Assembly: GCF_018350175.1 (NCBI RefSeq) | Contig: NC_058383.1 | Coordinates: forward strand, 26,414,001-26,478,000 | DNA length: 64,000 nucleotides | Direction: 5' to 3' | From: Felis catus | Lineage: Eukaryota | Shown here: positions 13,150 through 24,460 of the stretch, piece by piece | Numbering within the stretch: position 1 is the stretch's first letter | Layout: every line of letters begins with the position of its first letter | Position numbers and translations under genes: made by a program | Notes under the pieces: generated by a model | Seen by the model: only the letters and a program-made list of their open reading frames with translations | What the model was told of the DNA's origin: nothing | Databases searched by the model: none

Positions 13150-13970
13150 ATTGAGAATATTATTCAGCCATAAAAAGGAATGAAGTTCTGACATGTTACA
13201 ACGTGGATGAACCTTGAAAACATTATGCTTGCTCTGCATCAGAAGTCATGAGGGAATCACAAAAAAATAACAGTAAGATATCACCACATTCCTATTAGAA
13301 TTGCCAAAATCCAGAATGCTGACGGTAATGTATGCTGGCGAGGATGTGAAGCAACAGGAACTCTCATTAATTGCTGGTGGGAATGCAAAATATATTGTAC
13401 AGACTCTTTGGAAGCCAGTTGGGTAGTTTCTTACAAAACTAAGCATATTTATGCCATTTGCAATGACATGGATGGAGCTAGACTGTATAATGCTAAGCGA
13501 AATAAGTCAGAGAAAGACAGATACCAGATGATTTCACTCATATGTGGAATTTAAGAAACAACACAGATGAGCAAAGGGGAAAAAGAGAGAGGGACGGGCA
13601 AACCAAGAAACAGAATCTTAACTATAGAGAACACGCGGATGGTTACCAGAGGGGAGGTTGGTTGAGGGCGCTGGGGGCAGAGATAGGTGAAATAAGTGAT
13701 AGGGATTAGGGAGGGCACTTGTGATGAGCACTGGGTGTTGTACGGAATTGTGGAATCAATATATTGTACACCTGAAACTAATATAACACTGTGTGTTAAC
13801 TACTTGGACTTTAAATAAAAACTTAAAAAAAAACCACCCTAAAACTAAACATACTCTTACCATACAATCTAGCAATCAAACTTGTTGGTATTTATCCAAA
13901 GGGTTTGAAAACTTATGTCCATACAAAACCCTGCACATGGATGTTTATAACAACTTTGTTCATAGTTGGA
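13150..13970 (+). mobile_element. Nested L1 3' fragments: a carnivore L1 3'UTR (~13450-13830) inside an older L1
   Basis: gccatttgcaatgacatggatggagctaga...gatgagcactgggtgttgta...aaataaaaacttaaaa; ORF2-end sequence on both sides. Confidence 0.85.
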
Positions 13971-14132
13971 AGCCACTGAGAGGTTAAGTAACTTGCCCAA
14001 GGTCACACAGTCAATAAATAGGAGAAGTGGGATTTAGATCCACCGGCATCTGATTCCAGAAACTGCACACAGAATCGCTAAGTTTGGCCAAGTGTGACCA
14101 AGTTAGACTGTGACTCTCAGGAAGAAATACAC

Positions 14133-14700
14133 TTTAAATGTTTATTTGTTTTTGAGAGAGAGAGCATGAGTGGGGAGGACCCAAAGGGGGCCCGATGTGG
14201 GGCTCGAACTCACGAACTGTGAGATCATGACCTGAGCCAAAATCAAGAGTTGGTTGCCCAAATGACTGAGCCACCCAGGTACCTCCAAAACTTATTACAT
14301 GTGATGCACTTTGACATTTTCTATTCTCTTCTATTTTACTTTTTATTTATTTATTTTTAAGTAATCTCCATGCCCAGTGTGGGGCTTGAACTCACATTCC
14401 GGAGATCAAGAGTCACGTGCTCCACTGCTTGAGCCAGCCAGGTGCCCCCTAATTATTTTTTAAATTGTTACAACCCCAGGGCGCCTGGGCAGCTCAGTCG
14501 GTTGAGCGTCCGACTTCAGCTTAGGTCATGATCTCACCGTCTGTGAGTTCAGGCCCCACGTCGGGCCCCACGTCTGTGCTGACAGCTCAGAGCCTGGAGC
14601 CTGTTTCAGATTCTGTGTGTCAGTCTCTCTGCCCCTCCCCTGCTCACGCTCTGTCTCTCTGTCTCTGAAAAATGAATAAACCTTTAAAAAATTTTTTAAA
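14133..14700. mobile_element. Three SINECs (14133-14286 -, 14340-14449 -, 14478-14700 +)
   Basis: SINEC heads and tails read directly. Confidence 0.88.
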
Positions 14701-14830
14701 ATAAATAAGTGGTTACAACCCACTTAATTTATTTCCCCACCCACTAATGGATTGCAACCTGCAATTTGAAAAATCACTGTACGAAGCCAGTGCACTTAAA
14801 ACTTACTGAGCACTTAAAAACTTACTGAGA

Positions 14831-15271
14831 GGGGCGCCTGGGTGGCGCAGTCGGTTAAGCGTCTGACTTCAGCCAGGTCACGATCTCAAGGTCCGGGAGT
14901 TCGAGCCCCGTGTCAGGCTCTGTGCTGACAGCTCAGAGCCTGGAGCCTGCTTTGGATTCTGGGTCTCCCTCTCTCTCTCTGCCCCTCCCCCGTTCATGCT
15001 CTGTCTCTCTCTCTCTCAAAAATGAATAAACATTATGGGGCGCCTGGGTGGCGCAGTCGGTTAAGCGTCCGACTTCAGCCAGGTCACGATCTCACAGTCC
15101 GTGAGTTCGAGCCCCGCGTCGGGCTCTGGGCTGATGGCTCAGAGCCTGGAGCCTGTTTCCGATTCTGTGTCTCCCTCTCTCTCTCTGCCCCTCCCCCGTT
15201 CATGCTCTGTCTCTCTCTGTCCCAAAAATAAATAAACGTTGAAAAAAAAAATTAAAAAAAAAACAAACAAA
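14831..15271 (+). mobile_element. Head-to-tail pair of young felid SINEs within one TSD
   Basis: Heads at 14831 and 15037; TSD aaaaacttactgaga at 14816-14830 and 15272-15286. Confidence 0.92.
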
Positions 15272-15494
15272 AAAAACTTACTGAGAATGACTATAAGCCA
15301 GGTGCTAAACTCGACTAGAGATCTCAAGGGAAATGAGACATGGTCTCTAGCTTCAGAGATTTTGCACTTTAGGGCAGAAGGGACACAGAAAGAAATGACT
15401 CATGTTATTTGAACATCTGTGATATACCAAGCTCTTTGCTGGGCACGTACACACCTGACGTCACCGATTTTCAGGACAAGTCTATGAATTAGGC

Positions 15495-15657
15495 CAGTGC
15501 TTCTCAAATTCTCAGGTGCATATGAATCACCTGGGGGTCTTTTACAGTGCACATCCTGTTTCAGAGGGTCTGGAGCAGGGCCCTGAGATGCTGTATTGCT
15601 AACAAGCTCCCAGGCAATGCCTTTGCTACTGATCCAGGGACCATGCTTTGAGTGGCA
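15495..15657. mobile_element. MER5-like hAT DNA transposon
   Basis: cagtgcttctcaaa...gaatcacctgggg...aacaagctcccagg...gaccatgctttgagtggc. Confidence 0.8.
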
Positions 15658-18369
15658 AGGAGCCATTTATTTTTAAGCTAATTATTGAGTTCTTCTTCTA
15701 TACCAGGCATCATGCTCAGCACTCAGGACGTGATCGTGAGACCACTACTTGACTGCAGAGGTCTCTGATCTCAAACTTTGTGCTCACAGCCAAGAAAGTG
15801 GGAACAATTGTACTCAAGATGCAGGGAATGGACAGAACAGTTGATGGGACCTGGGCTGGGGGTTTGGGGAGGGGGTGTGGCATGGGTAGCAGGCACCAAA
15901 CCAGAGCCAGATCCCAGGGCCAGGCTGAGGGACTCATGGGTAATTTTTATGGGCAGTTTGGCTGACAAGAGCATGACATGGAGGGCTGGTGGTCAGGGTA
16001 GGCTTCTCTTGGTCCCTCTGGATTCCCTGCAGCCAAGAAGCCTCTGACTCACATAGCAGGTGACATCTAGCACATGTCCCGTGAGGCAGCACTTCCTGCA
16101 GTAGCCTTGGACTATTCACTCTGTACCTTCCAAATGAATCTTTGGGGGGCACACTTTCCAAATAGCACAGCAGGTCCAGTCCATCAAGGGCTCCACAGCC
16201 TGTGATCCGTCAATCTAGATATCTGCCCCTCAGCAAGACGCTCAGCCTAACAATCAAGGCCACCATGGCTCCGAAATGCTCAAATACTTATTCCACTCAC
16301 TCTCTGCAATTTGTTTTTGTGTATGTCTAGAGCTGGAGGGTTTCCAACCCCAGGGAACAGCTTAGTTAGACCATTGCTGACTGCAAAAAGATTCAATGCC
16401 TTTCAACAGACACAAATGAACTCCAGCCTTGTCCCATGCCCCGTGGTAGGCCTTGAGGCAGAGACTTGAAAACATGAAAAAGAGGTCCCAACGTGGTCAT
16501 CCGAGCTACATGCCCCCTCACTGTTGAAAGGTGTCTCCTAGAAAACCACACGGCCAGTAACCCTACGAAATAATGCTCAGACTCCATAGTAAGGTAAAGG
16601 GAACCAAAACATCAGCAAAATACCACGTGTTATCCTTCAGATAGGCAAAAAGTTAAAAAAAAATGGAAAGATTTGATGTTGGAGATGTTCTAGTGAAATG
16701 GACATCCTCACACGCTGGTGGGTAGGTTAAGTTGTGAAGCTTTTGCGGAGGCAATGTGGCAGCTTCTGTTGAGAGTTGGGATGTGTTCAATGGCCTTGGT
16801 CCCAGCCACTTCCTCCCAAGAGCCCATCACTAAAGGAAGAGCAAATGGAAGAAGTGGCCTTACAATTGAGAGGTCTGTGTTCTGAGCACCTGTGCCTTGG
16901 GACTCCCATTACAAGTCATGAAGGCATTGACCATCTGGACCTTCATAGCACAGGATGGGACGGATCTAAAGAAATGTACACTGTTTTATCACCGTATTCT
17001 TGTGCCTACCAGGCTGGTGTGCCTCTAAAAACACTGGATTATATCCAGCCTGAACCTTTGAGGGGTTTATAATCCGGTATGGAAGAAACGTATTTACATA
17101 AAAATAATGGGCTCAAAGCTGAGCGGGACGCATACTGTAATAAAGGGATGATACCGGGAGCCAGCGCTATTTGTGAGCCCACTGTGTGCCAGGCACTGGA
17201 TTGGTGTGGTCTTGGCTAAGCCTTCCAGTAACTCTGTGGGTTAAGCAATAGTATTCCCATTAAGTAGCTTGGCCAAAGTCTCATGACTGGTAATTGGCAG
17301 AGTGAAGATTCTGGCTCCAAGTTGGCTAACTCCAAAACCAGTACCCTCCCTGCTGGAACATACCTGTCCTCCCGGGGTTTCTCACTAAGGTGCCCAAATT
17401 CTGATCACTTCCTTAGAGCGACCATGAGAAGCCACTGCCCTAGAGACAGGGCCATTTCTATTTTATACGTTTAGCCAGTACCCTTAATTGGATTCGTGAC
17501 TTAATTTGTACATCGTTCAAAATGCAGAGACACCCTAGGAGAGTGCAAGCACAAAAGGAATCTCTATTTATTCCTTCCTTCAGAACGAGGGAAAGAGAAA
17601 TGACATAGTGGCTGAGCATATTACAGGCTCTGGAGTCGCACTGACAGAGTGTGAATCTCAGCTCTCCCATTAATAGCTGGGCGGCCTTGGGCATTTTACT
17701 TAACCTCTCTGTGCCTCGGTTCCTTACAAATGGCAAGTTTTGGCGAACTTAATGAGTTAATATTTGTGAAGCACTTCGAATGGTGTCCAGCATAGGGGGA
17801 GTGCTATTTGTTACAGTCTCAGTAGCTGGTAGGAAAATTCATCTTTATCTTTCTATATTTATATAAGAAATACATTAGTTTGCATAACATTTGACTACAT
17901 TTATTTAGGTAAAATACAGTGATATTTCAGGATGAGACCGCACTATGCCCCTCCATCAAAGGTCATGCTCAAATAACAAAACATGCCCCACTAAGGTACC
18001 TTTCAGAGTGAGGGGTCTTACCCACAAAGGAGCCTCTGTTTTATTTAGTATCATCACAGATGATTGGATGTGGACTGGGACGGAGAAGCCCCTCCACACA
18101 CTATGGGATAACAAATTTGAATCAGAATCCGAGAGAGGGCAGACACCAAGGTTGGGAGCTAGATACGAAATGCAGAGGGCAGGCTCAGTGGCATCCCAGC
18201 TGAAGGACACGGGAAGACAGAAACACCCACCACGGGCCACTAGGGGAATGACGTGGCCGGCTCAATGTGCCCCTTCTGCCCCGTGGCCCCACGACTCCTG
18301 GGTGAAGTCTATCATTTTCTCCACATTCTTAGTGTGATTGCATCTACACACTTACTGGTGTAGGGCACG

Positions 18370-18641
18370 GGCTCTGACTCAGAGCCTGGACGGCCGGGGT
18401 GCAGTGAGCGGGGGGTGGGGGGGTGGGAGGGGTGCTGATGTCCAGGTCCGGCCACCAGGTAAGACGCTTCCTCTGTGACTGCCACGTGGGGAAGCTGGCA
18501 CTCCCTGTGGCGACTGTTGTGAGAACATCACACTCTTGGCACAGGAGTGACCGTGACAAAGGCAGCTGTGCTCACGGGCTGGGGCCGACATGGTAGCCTC
18601 TAGGCCAAAGGGATGGGTGCCCCCACTCTGCTCTGACGTCA
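18370..18641. promoter_or_regulatory. Candidate promoter/enhancer motif cluster
   Basis: AP-1 TGACTCA 18375-18381 inside a 17-bp palindrome; G-tract/KLF-SP run 18410-18432; E-box CCACGTGG 18482-18489; full CRE TGACGTCA 18634-18641; non-repetitive and CpG-retaining. Confidence 0.4.
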
Positions 18642-18663
18642 CTAGAGGAGCTCCTCAGGCTGG
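18590..18663 (+). CDS. Putative exon 1 of a candidate Pro/Ser-rich protein gene
   Basis: Kozak gccgacATGg; MVASRPKGWVPPLCSDVTRGAPQA; donor TGG|gtaagt, phase 2. Confidence 0.3.
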
Positions 18664-18799
18664 GTAAGTAACTGGCGTAAGCGAACTGGGCTGAAACCCA
18701 AAACGAGTGTTCCTTTTGCCTTGGGCTGAGTGGAGAAAGGGTGCGGGCAGTGGGAAGGAAAACAGGATTTGGAGGCAGGGACAAAGGAGCATATATTCT

Positions 18800-18972
18800 A
18801 TATTCGTATATGAGCTAAGCTGTGTAGGGGCTCCTGGGTGGCTCAGCTGGTTAAGTATCACTTCCGCTCTGCTCTGGTCCCTGGTTGGTGAGTTGGAGCC
18901 CCGCGTGGGGCTCTGTGCTGTCAGCGCACAGCCTGCTTTGGGTCCTCCACCCCCTCTCTCTGCACCCCTCCC

Positions 18973-19006
<34 letters not shown>

Positions 19007-19320
19007 AATAAATAAACATTAAAAAAATCTTTTAGAAAGCTAAGCTGTGTAACAAAGAGATCCCAAAATACAGTCATTTCTAGGTTTGTTCGTTTTTATT
19101 ATTTATTATTTATTACGTTTATTGATTTCTTGCTTTTGTAAGAGTTCAGAGGTGAGTGGTCCAGCCTGGTAGAGCAACTCTGATTCACGCAGTCGTTCAG
19201 GGATGAAACCCCCTTCCATTTTGTTCCATGTAATGGCATTGCCAGACCCCATCCGCCATTCACCTAAGACAAAAGGAAAGACGAAAGGTACATGGCAAGA
19301 AATTTCCTTTAGAGCAAGTA
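18800..19320 (+). mobile_element. Decayed MLT1-like LTR interrupted by a SINEC (18827-19037)
   Basis: gctaagctgtgtaacaaagagatcccaaaatacagt...gcagtcgttcaggga; SINE TSD agctaagctgtgta at 18813-18826 and 19038-19051. Confidence 0.65.
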
Positions 19321-19621
19321 ATCCCGAGGTCCCCACGGCACCCCCCTCCCGGAGGGCCCCTGGTACCCTCCAACTACCACCAAGCCCACTACCTCTGGGC
19401 GTTGTTCCCATGGTGCCTTCGCTGAGACCAAAGCCATCCAGCCTGTCACAGACTCCTCCAAGCATCCCAGACCATGCATCCAAGACGGTCCCCTATGACT
19501 GTCCACTCATGAAACCAGTGACCTACATCACGAATACCCCAAGACAGGGCTCCAGCCTAATTCCAAAGCCTCGAAATTCTCCAGCAGGTATTCTAAGAGT
19601 TCCAAGGCCAAAAAGCCCAAG
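19313..19621 (+). CDS. Putative exon 2 of the candidate gene
   Basis: Acceptor aatttcctttag; in frame with exon 1; reads ASNPEVPTAPP...RVPRPKSP; donor AAG|gtaagt, phase 2. Confidence 0.32.
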
Positions 19622-19746
19622 GTAAGTTCACATAAGCGCCGGGATTCCTCCAGGAATCTGGCCACGCAGCCCCTTAAAGCACCAAGCCCAGAACTTTTGA
19701 ACTTAGTACCTCCTACCGCCTTGACCACTGCCCCCTCCCACCACAG

Positions 19747-19972
19747 TGGCTACAGGATCCCAGAGCCCCAGATACCCTTACACACCCCCAAGGTCACAGA
19801 CATCTGTATCCCTGAGAACTGCCCAGCTGAGCTCAAGTTCATGGGTCAGTCGTGTGTACCCAGGAAGAGTCTGAACCTGACTGAGGGTCCTCCCGTACAG
19901 CCAGCCTCTTCAGTAGCCAAGAGCAAAATGGCAAGACCCAGCATAGGAGTGAGAAACCAGCTTCTGCACTGA
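19747..19972 (+). CDS. Putative exon 3 of the candidate gene
   Basis: Acceptor cttgaccactgccccctcccaccacag; in frame; reads GYRIPEPQ...RNQLLH*. Confidence 0.28.
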
Positions 19973-20086
19973 CCTGTGTCTCTTCAACCCAGACCCAGCA
20001 GCTCCAGACATTCCCCCAAACATCTGCCTATTCCAGAGGCCACATAAGTCACGGTCCCAGTGAATCCACGTTAGTCCCTGCCATTC

Positions 20087-20092
20087 AATAAA
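20087..20092 (+). terminator. AATAAA poly(A) signal for the candidate gene
   Basis: Canonical hexamer in unique sequence 114 nt after the TGA, with T-rich sequence downstream. Confidence 0.35.
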
Positions 20093-20741
20093 CATCTGGC
20101 CACAGTTTCTGCCTCCTGTATTAACACCCAGAGCTGGGTGGTTTATGAACGACGCAAGGTCTAGCTCATCTAAAGGGGCATCATTCACGTCACAGAGGGG
20201 GCAGATTTGTATATCTGCAGTGACAATTTCCAGCAGATGACGGTAACACATCCTGAAGAAGGGGAGCATTTTTCTAATTTAATAAAGGCACCAAAAGGGC
20301 TAGTGGTGACCCTGCCAAACGTCTCCCTGCGTAGGAAGGCGAGGGAGGCCCCAAAGCGGATCTTCGGCAGAATGGGATAGTTCAGAGCTCAGCAGAATGG
20401 GGTTGAATCCCTACTCTGCCACTTAGACTGGCTGCCTAACCCAGACGAGTTTTTCTAACGTTCTCTGAGACTCAGTTTGCTCAAATATAAAATGGGGTAA
20501 TAACGACACCTGCTTGTTGAGAGAGCAAAATGGGATATGCCATATAAAACACTTAACACAGTGCTTGGCTCATAGTAGGTGCTCAAAATGCCCTTGAAAC
20601 AGTAACAGGAGGAAGAGAAAAGTGGATATTCGCTGCTTTATCTCTACAAGGCCCCACCACCCTCCTCCTCCTGGGAAATGCTCTTTGCCCTGCTCTTGTG
20701 GTGTGCTTGCTTGCTTTTTTTTTTCCAGCATTTCTGTTGCT

Positions 20742-20947
20742 GTTTTTAATGTTTATTTATTTTTGAGAGACACACGGACAGTGTGGGCTGGGGAGGGACA
20801 GAGAGAGAAGGAGACACAGAATCTGAAGCCGGCTCCAGAATGCAAGCTGTCAGCACGGAGCCGGAGCCGAGGTGGAACTCACAAACCATGAGGTCATGAC
20901 CCGAGCTGAAGTCTGACCCTTAGCCAGCTGAGCCACCCAGGTGCCCC
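20742..20947 (-). mobile_element. SINEC
   Basis: tttttaatgtttatttatttttgaga...ctgagccacccaggtgcccc. Confidence 0.9.
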
Positions 20948-22159
20948 GCGGGGGGCTTTTGATGGGAGAGGCTCTCTCCTTTCAGGTGGGCTTCCTTGGA
21001 CCTGATTGGCTTGGGGGTGTCACCTGACCTGAGCTGAACCAATCAGGACCCCTCTCTAACTTCTTCCATTTGGCACCCGAGGAGGTAAGGCTCAGGGCTC
21101 ACACGGTTAAAGCTGAGCGTGAGTTGAGGGAGGTGATAGGTGCTGCGTGGAGTTCAACTACGTGAGGAAGATGGTCTGGAAAAATGAAGCCAAGGAGAGA
21201 GAAGCGGTGAGAAGGAAAGGAGGGATGGAGGGAGGAAAAGAGGGGGAGAGTGATCTGGTGGCATTTGAGTCCCTCATCCAGTGTTCCTGAAACCCAGAGA
21301 GACTTTCCCCACATTTATGTGACGATTTAGATCAATCTGTATAGCATGGCTCACGCTTGATTGCTTTGCCCTGTTGTGCAAGAACACTTCCCACCCACCT
21401 GATAAAAAATATACAGTTCTCGGGTTGGTTATCAAAGAACTCTAGGGTCTGGCTTCAACCTACCCCGCTAGCCTTGTCCCCCTCCCACCGTGTGCACCCC
21501 TGCTTGTTCACCCCTGGCCAACTGAATGTTCCTTGAACATGGCCCTTACTCTCCCACCCTTAATAAACTACAATAGTCTCTCTTCCCATCACTTCTGCTA
21601 GTGGATACTGGTCGTGCTGGCCCTCGGATCTCTAAATCCTTTTCTATCTGCTGCAACATCCCAATTTTTTCTAGGGGAGCCCTTTTCCCCCCACTACAGA
21701 CAGACTCTGTAGTGTCCTCCTACAGTTCGCAGGTAAGGCGAACCTCACGCTCTCTCCCAGGCCTTAGAGTCTGAAGTCAAAGGACCTACCAACAACAGCA
21801 ACACGGTTTGAACTGACAAGACTCTTGATTTGTTCCACCTGAGGATCCTTTCTGATTTTTTTTTTTTAATGATTCTTTAGGCTTCCTTATTTCTTTCTAA
21901 CAAATGGCCTTTTTTCTGAAGTTAGCTAGAATCCCACAATGAAAGCACCTTCACATGGTACCTGCTGACATCTTACTCCACTTGGAGAAGACCCAGCACA
22001 AAGAGCTCCTAGGAGCGATCCCTCCTTTCAGACTGTGACTCAGAGATGACTTCTCTCTCCTTTTTCTCTTTCCCTCCCTCTCTTTGGCTCATGCCCCCCC
22101 CCCCCACCACCATCACCCTCTCCTTTGGTCACTCACAGATTCCCACCTTGGAAGGTGAG

Positions 22160-22660
22160 GCAGAAATTTCTAGTTGCCTACACAACATCCATTCCACCCC
22201 TTATTCCTTTCCAGAAAGCTCTGGTGACACCTGGAGAGCCAATGTGCCTGGCTAAAAAACTACACTTCCCAGCGTCCCTTTCAGGGAGCATTCTGGCCAA
22301 TGAGATGGAAGTAGAAGTTGCTGGCTAGGGTTTCTGGTAACACTGTCCAGCAAAAGGGGCTGGCTCAGATGATAGTCTTGCTTTTGCGCCTGTCCCTTCC
22401 TGCCTGCCACTTGGCACGTGGATGGGAGAGCAGCGGCTGTGGCCGCCACCGGCCACCATGAGATGACCTTGAGACCGAAAGGCACATGCTTATGATGGTG
22501 GGGCAGAAAGTGAGAGGAACCTGGGTCCCTGCTGAAAATGCCAAGCTGTCTTTCCAACTCTGGACACCCACCTCCAGACATTTTTTTCATGTGAGAGACT
22601 GCGCTTTATCTTTATAAAGTATCATCAACCGGGCTTGCCCGTTTTATGCAGCTGAACCCA
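22160..22660 (-). mobile_element. MLT1 LTR
   Basis: actacacttcccagcgtccctt...ttctggccaatgagatggaagtagaagt. Confidence 0.65.
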
Positions 22661-22802
22661 GTCCTGATTCAGAAGGTCAGTGAGGGCTGCACCTGGAAGA
22701 GGAATCGGCCTAGGATCAACGGCTGTACCACTGTTACCCAGTCACATTGTAGTGATAAAGAACAAAACACTAGCATGGAACTCAGGGACCTAGTCCCAGC
22801 TC

Positions 22803-22983
22803 TTTTTTTTTTAAGTTTATTAATTATTTATTTTGAGAGACAGAATCAGAGAGGGCGAGGGAGAACCCCAGCAGGCTCTACACTGTCAGCAAAAAACCCA
22901 GTGTGGGGCTCGAACCCATGAACCGTGAGGTCATGGCCTGAGCTGAAATCAGGGCTTAACTGACCGAGCTCCCCAGGCGCCCC
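22803..22983 (-). mobile_element. SINEC
   Basis: Reverse-strand SINEC motifs. Confidence 0.85.
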
Positions 22984-23492
22984 AGTTCTGTCTTCTATAT
23001 AAGAAAGTGTTGATATCCTTGCTGCTTACCTTCTAACAATCACCTGGCTCTTTGTAATTCTTTTGTTCCCCCATCAAGTAATGGTCCATCAGTCTCCCTC
23101 CTCTTTTGCAAACTCCCACAACCCAAGTGTCCCTTCCGTCCAGAAAAGTTCACCAAGACTCCTCCCCCACCCCCGCCAAAACCAAGCCAGCCTCCATGTA
23201 GATAGCTAGTATTCGCTGAGTGCTCATTATGTGACTGGCCCCATGCTATGTACTGTCCGTGCATCATCTCCTGTCCGTGCGCCCAGCAACCAGCCAGGTT
23301 TTCCTCAGGCAGAAACAGGTTCGTACTCAGCAGAGGTGGCATCTGAATTCACGTCCACTTGCCTCGTGTGGCTGTGCTCCTAACTGACCACTCTCTTCTG
23401 TTTGTGAGGAGGAAAGAAATGAAAACTCTTAGCTAGTAGGTGGCAGAGATGGCTAGCTGTCCCCCAATATCCACCCTCCCCTTCGTCTGTGG

Positions 23493-23705
23493 CAGTGGTT
23501 CTCAAGCAGGGACAATCTTGTTGTCTGGAGATGCGTCATTTGGGTTGTCACAGTGTGGAGGAGTGCTACTGGCATCTAGTGGGTGGAGGCCAGGGACACT
23601 GCTAATCACCCTGCAACACACAGAACAGCCTCCCCACACACACACACACACAACACAGAATTATCTGGCCCAAAATGCCAATGGCACCAAGGCTGAGGAA
23701 CTCAA
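23493..23705. mobile_element. MER20-like DNA transposon inside an MLT1 LTR (~23435-24080)
   Basis: cagtggttctcaa...tgctactggcatctagtgggtggaggccaggga...aattatctggcccaaaatgccaat. Confidence 0.8.
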
Positions 23706-24206
23706 CTCTGTAGGAGCAGGGTCACAATTTTTAGCTAAGCACAGGGCTGCCTAGAATAATGGCTGCCTGTGACCAAGTTCTGGCCAATGCGATACGAGTG
23801 ACTTCTGTATCATGACTTCAAAGGAAGCAGTGTGCCCCTCCTTTTCCTCTTCTCCCCCTCCCTTATGTCTGGAATTTGGACATGCTGGTGGCCATCTTAG
23901 AACTTACAGATGGGGCAGCACCCAGGGAAGGCAGGCCAACAAGATGGGGGGACCCTGCACCCCCAGCCACCACACGAGCTGGGGACTTTTGCCTGAGAAA
24001 GACAAATTTTCATCTTGTTAGAGCCACAGTTATTTTTGAGTCCTGGATACAGCTGTCAACCCCTTGTGCTAACCAACACAATATGCTATTTCCAATTCTT
24101 CTGCATTCAGAGAACTTCTGGTCTCTGGGTAAAACCCTCTGGAGAGGCAGAGTATCTGCTTTGTTTTGATAGCAGACCCTGAAGGATGGGAAAGCTCACT
24201 TGAAAA

Positions 24207-24249
24207 TTTTTTAAATGTTTATTTATTTTTAATTGTTTTTAATGTTATT

Positions 24250-24294
<45 letters not shown>

Positions 24295-24460
24295 AGGGGA
24301 GGGGCAGAGGCAGAGAGAGAGGGAGACACAGAATCCGAAGCAGGCTCCAGGCCCTGAGCTGTCGGCACAGAGCCCGACTCAGGGCCTGAACTTAAAAACA
24401 GCAAGATCATGACCTGAGCCGAAGTCAGCCGCTCAACCGGCTAAGCCACCCCGGTGCCCC
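24207..24460 (-). mobile_element. SINEC with long (GA)n tract
   Basis: Reverse-strand SINEC motifs. Confidence 0.9.

Noticed and set aside
14831..14910. tRNA-like A/B-box sequences (many copies in the window)
   Set aside because: They are heads of tRNA-derived carnivore SINEs, each followed by a SINE body and tail.
15456..15463. Isolated CRE palindrome TGACGTCA
   Set aside because: A single 8-mer among MIR/MER5 remnants with no supporting context; about one is expected by chance in 64 kb.
19622..19653. Alternative 32-nt intron using the acceptor at 19653
   Set aside because: In frame but below the usual minimum mammalian intron length.
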